Below, piece after piece: positions 60,811-64,000 of a DNA stretch of 64,000 nucleotides (its first letter is position 1; each line of letters opens with the position of its first letter). The stretch spans positions 5,156 to 69,155 of the forward strand of contig JAUCBJ010007673.1 in the NCBI GenBank assembly GCA_032718475.1, given 5' to 3'. A program made the position numbers and the translations under genes. This stretch comes from Nemertoderma westbladi. Its lineage: Eukaryota > Animalia > Xenacoelomorpha. A model generated the notes under the pieces. It was not told where the DNA came from, did not search any database, and saw only the letters and a program-made list of their open reading frames with translations.

Positions 60811-60882
60811 CGCCACCAGCGGGGATCGAACCCGCATCTCCTGATAAACGTTCAGGTATGCTAACCACTATACCGCGGAGGC
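60811..60882 (-). other. tRNA-like sequence (pseudo-tRNA or repeat-associated Pol III head)
   Basis: gcctccgcggtatagtggttagcatacctgaacgtttatcaggagatgcgggttcgatccccgctggtggcg folds as a cloverleaf with a GTT loop, but lacks U8 and U33 and has an acceptor-stem mismatch. A T-run follows. Confidence 0.55.
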
Positions 60883-61099
60883 TCCTGCATCTTACCGATT
60901 GATTTGCTATAGGTGGTAAGCTACCTTACGGTTGCTATTGAATACAGTCCTCCTTACGAATAGATTTAATCTGTTATCTGATCCTGTACCTGATCTTTTG
61001 CTGATCAAATACCGGTAGGTGACTTTGCCGATATGTAGTAACATTTTACGGTACAATTTGATGCGAAAATGTTTTGGCCAGTACTCTGAACCTTTCATT

Positions 61100-61760
61100 G
61101 GGATCCCAGGTCACGTGCATACCGTGGTCACTGTATCTGGCACCTGATTGGCTGAAATATTCAAACGCTGAAAACTTACCTAGGCCTTGACAATTTGTGA
61201 TAAGATTTTATGCGAATATGTTTTGGATGGTGTTCTGAATCTCGCGTTGAGGTCCCAAGTCACCCCCATACCGTGGTCATCAGATACGGTGCCTGATTGG
61301 CTAATTCTTTGAACGACGATAACTCAAGTTTGCTTCACTTTGGGATGAAGTTTGAAGGCTAGGAATATTCTCTGGAGGATGCCCTAACTCACTGATGATA
61401 TATATTGGGTCAGGTCACTCATGTACCGTGGTCACTGTATCTAGCACCTGATTGGCTGAAATTTTCAACCGCTGAAAATGTACCTAGGCCTTGATAATTT
61501 GTGGTAAGATTTTATGCGAATATGTTTTGGACGGTGTTCTCAATCTCGCGTTGAGGTCCCAAGTCACCCCCATACCGTGGTTATCAGATACGGCGCCTGA
61601 TAGGCTAATTCTTTGAACGACGATAACTCGAGTTTGCTTCACTTTGGGATGAAGTTTGAAGGCTAGGAATATTCTCTGGAGTATGCCCTAGCTCACTGAC
61701 GATGTTTTATAGCTGTTGGATTGTCGGGTTTTGCTCCGTGGTCTATGATTGGTTAATTTT
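61100..61760. repeat. Tandem repeat, 304-bp unit of two ~152-bp subunits
   Basis: ccgtggtcactgtatct at 61122 and 61426. The ccgtggt...ctgattggct motif recurs about every 150 bp. Confidence 0.85.
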
Positions 61761-62444
61761 TTGAAAGGCTATTTCTCAAGAAGTATTCACTTTGGAATGA
61801 TGAAGTTTATTTTTAAATGTTCTCTAGAGTGTTTCCGATCCCATTAAAGACATCCAATTGCTGTATGACTACCGGTTTCACGCTTTTGATTGTTTGAATA
61901 TGCATGAAAATTTTGCATATAATATATCAAGAATAATTAATTTTTGCATAAGGAAATAATACTTACAATGCTCTCTGACATTTCTGGTGTATTTTAAAAT
62001 CACTGGGGTTGAACAATTGTAATTGGAATACACCTTCATGGGTTTTCTTTGTAATTTTAGAGCTTTAAAAGTTCAATATTAAATTTTTTATTAAATAATT
62101 ATTTTTGTGTTATTTGTTAATATGAGTATATTTCTGTATTTGCTGGTATTGTATTTTGAGTGTTTTCTTTTGTTATTAATTTTAATATTAATTATTTTTT
62201 ATTAATCCAGGGAATATCCTTATTAACTCTGGGTCGTCACTCGTTAATTCAGGGACCACCCTCGATAGCTCTGGGTCCACCCTCGTTAATTCAGAACCAC
62301 CTCAAAAAATTCGAATAATTTTTTTTTATTATAAGGTATTCTAAGGTGCTGAATTAATTGATTGGAAAATGGTTTTAAATGGCCTGCTTTTATTGTAATT
62401 CCATTTCGTGTGTGATGTGTTTCGTATGGTGGCCCTGAGCGGCC

Positions 62445-62865
62445 AAAAGTTTGTTTTTTGTAATCTTTTTTTTTGTTCACCCGACTTTTGTAAACTCGTT
62501 CGAACGACTATACAAAACTCGGGAAAACAAATCTAATTGGCTGGAGTGGTTTCTATACCAACAAACATCCAATCAAGTTTGTTTCCCCGACTTTTGCAAA
62601 CTCGTTCGAACGACTTTACAAAACTCAGGAAAACAAAAGTTTGTTTTTTGTAATCTTTTTTTTTTGTTCACCCGACTTTTGTAAACTCGTTCGAACGACT
62701 TTACAAAACTCTGGAAAACAAAAGTTTGTTTTTTGTAATCTTTTTTTTGTTCTCCCGATTTTTGCAAACTCGTTCGAACGACTTTACAAAACTCAGGGAA
62801 ACAAATCTAATTGGCTGGAGTGGTTTCTCTACCAACAAACATCAAATCAAGTTTGTTTCTATAAA
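62445..62865. repeat. Subterminal ~76-bp tandem repeats with a palindromic core
   Basis: ttttgtaaactcgttcgaacgactttacaaaa-like core occurs four times. Confidence 0.85.
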
Positions 62866-63052
62866 TAAGCCAATCAGACTGAAGCTGCAGTATCCTTGAT
62901 CACCTTTTTTTATCGAATCGGTAAACAGTACCTGTGAATTAATATTAATGTGGGCAATTTAAAAAAGATTCGATGTGGTAGCCAGGCCGATTACAGTTTT
63001 GAGTTGAACATATTCTGCATTTGAATTGTCTCATTATTAGAATTTACTTAAA

Positions 63053-64000
63053 ATGTCTCAAAATAATTATCTTCCTTTTACATTTTCTGAAGGCTGTAAC
63101 AGATTTTCTGTAAATGATTTGATAACTGTCTATTTCTATTTCCAATTCACCGCTAAGGAGACAGCCTCTATGTTAAACTCGGTTCATAATATTGCTCTAT
63201 CCGAAAGATCAGTACGAAGATATAAAGCCAATATGAATCTCCACAGTAGAGATTACGATACTTCGTTTGAGGAAATATTATCCGGAATATTGGTGGAAAT
63301 TTTTGAGTACGGTGGTATAAATTGTGGATACCGATCAATTTGTAAAAGATTATGGTCCAGATCGTTTATTAATGTCTCTAAGGAAACTGTTAGACTTATT
63401 TTGAAATATGTAGATCCTGAAGGCGTAAAATCTCGCTTACGAAAAACACTTCATCGACGTACGCGATACCATTCTAAAGGTTCTAATCACACGGTTCATA
63501 TTGATGGATATGATAAGTTAAAGCCCTACGGCTTTCCAATTCATGGGGCAATAGACGGGTTCTCAAGGAGAGTACTCTGGTTAAATGTCTTGCCGAGTAA
63601 CAACGATCCTAAAATTGTTGTTGGTGCTTATTTTAATTTTCTTAAAGAATGCGGCCGGCTCCCTTACTTAATTAGAGTTGATGCCGGAACCGAAAATGTT
63701 ATTATTAAACGCCTCCACAAAGAACTGCGGTCGAGTTGTAACGATTCAAGGCGAAATAATTCTATAATAACAGGAAGTTCCGTATACAATACTAGAATTG
63801 AGCGATTCTGGCGCGATTTGCGATCTAATGTGGTTCAGTTTCTGATAGACCTATTCCAAAGTATGGTTAATAGTGGGTTTTATAATACAACCAATCCTAT
63901 CCACATTCAAACAGCAAGATATTGTTTTTTTGAACTAATACAAACACAGCTAAACTTTTTTATGCAGACATGGAACACACACAGAATGCGACGTAACCGC
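63053..64000 (+). CDS. IS3EU DDE transposase, running off the window (absent from the ORF track because it has no stop)
   Basis: Open frame from ATG at 63053: ...SERSVRRY...GYRSICKRL...VDPEGV...HIDGYDKLKPYGFPIHGAIDGFSRR...RVDAGTEN...NTRIERFWRDL...WNTHRMR. Confidence 0.88.
   Translation, partial: MSQNNYLPFTFSEGCNRFSVNDLITVYFYFQFTAKETASMLNSVHNIALSERSVRRYKANMNLHSRDYDTSFEEILSGILVEIFEYGGINCGYRSICKRLWSRSFINVSKETVRLILKYVDPEGVKSRLRKTLHRRTRYHSKGSNHTVHIDGYDKLKPYGFPIHGAIDGFSRRVLWLNVLPSNNDPKIVVGAYFNFLKECGRLPYLIRVDAGTENVIIKRLHKELRSSCNDSRRNNSIITGSSVYNTRIERFWRDLRSNVVQFLIDLFQSMVNSGFYNTTNPIHIQTARYCFFELIQTQLNFFMQTWNTHRMRRNR

Larger units (their letters stand above)
62425..64000 (+). mobile_element. IS3EU-type DNA transposon (left end)
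   Basis: Starts TATGGTGGCCCTGAG (TAYGG-type terminus), has subterminal tandem repeats (62445-62865) and a transposase ORF. The right end is outside the window. Confidence 0.75.

Noticed and set aside
60811-60882. Functional tRNA-Asn(GTT)
   Set aside because: It lacks U8 and U33, has an acceptor mismatch, and the body does not resemble tRNA-Asn.
62445-62865. CRISPR-like array of palindromic repeats
   Set aside because: The intervening sequences are themselves repeated, the context is eukaryotic and there are no cas genes. These are IS3EU subterminal repeats.

Overview
AT-rich animal (probably invertebrate) genomic window made almost entirely of nested transposable elements. At the left edge are two minus-strand exons of a peptidylglycine alpha-hydroxylating monooxygenase (PHM/PAM)-like gene. 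Three BEL/Pao LTR retrotransposons follow, each with paired LTRs and a 5-bp TSD: E1 (2107-14097, +, internally deleted), E2 (15321-36367, +, near complete, TA...TA termini) and E3 (42308-60440, -, frameshifted relative of E1). Also present are HINE/Helentron-like non-autonomous elements, a MULE-like MITE, a tRNA-derived SINE, a fossil of an older E3-like element and the start of an IS3EU DNA transposon. The main signal is that none of the three BEL/Pao elements has a tRNA-type (TGG) primer-binding site. Instead, the 11-12 nt directly abutting each 5' LTR are perfectly complementary to a site inside that element's own LTR, with compensatory changes between elements, and are followed by a conserved hairpin. 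The same elements carry an extra ORF encoding a DEDDy (WRN/EXD/Mut-7-like) 3'-5' exonuclease plus CCHC knuckles (exonuclease part deleted in E1). This suggests a tRNA-independent, self-primed BEL/Pao lineage, possibly with an element-encoded primer-trimming or anti-silencing nuclease; the mechanism is inference.
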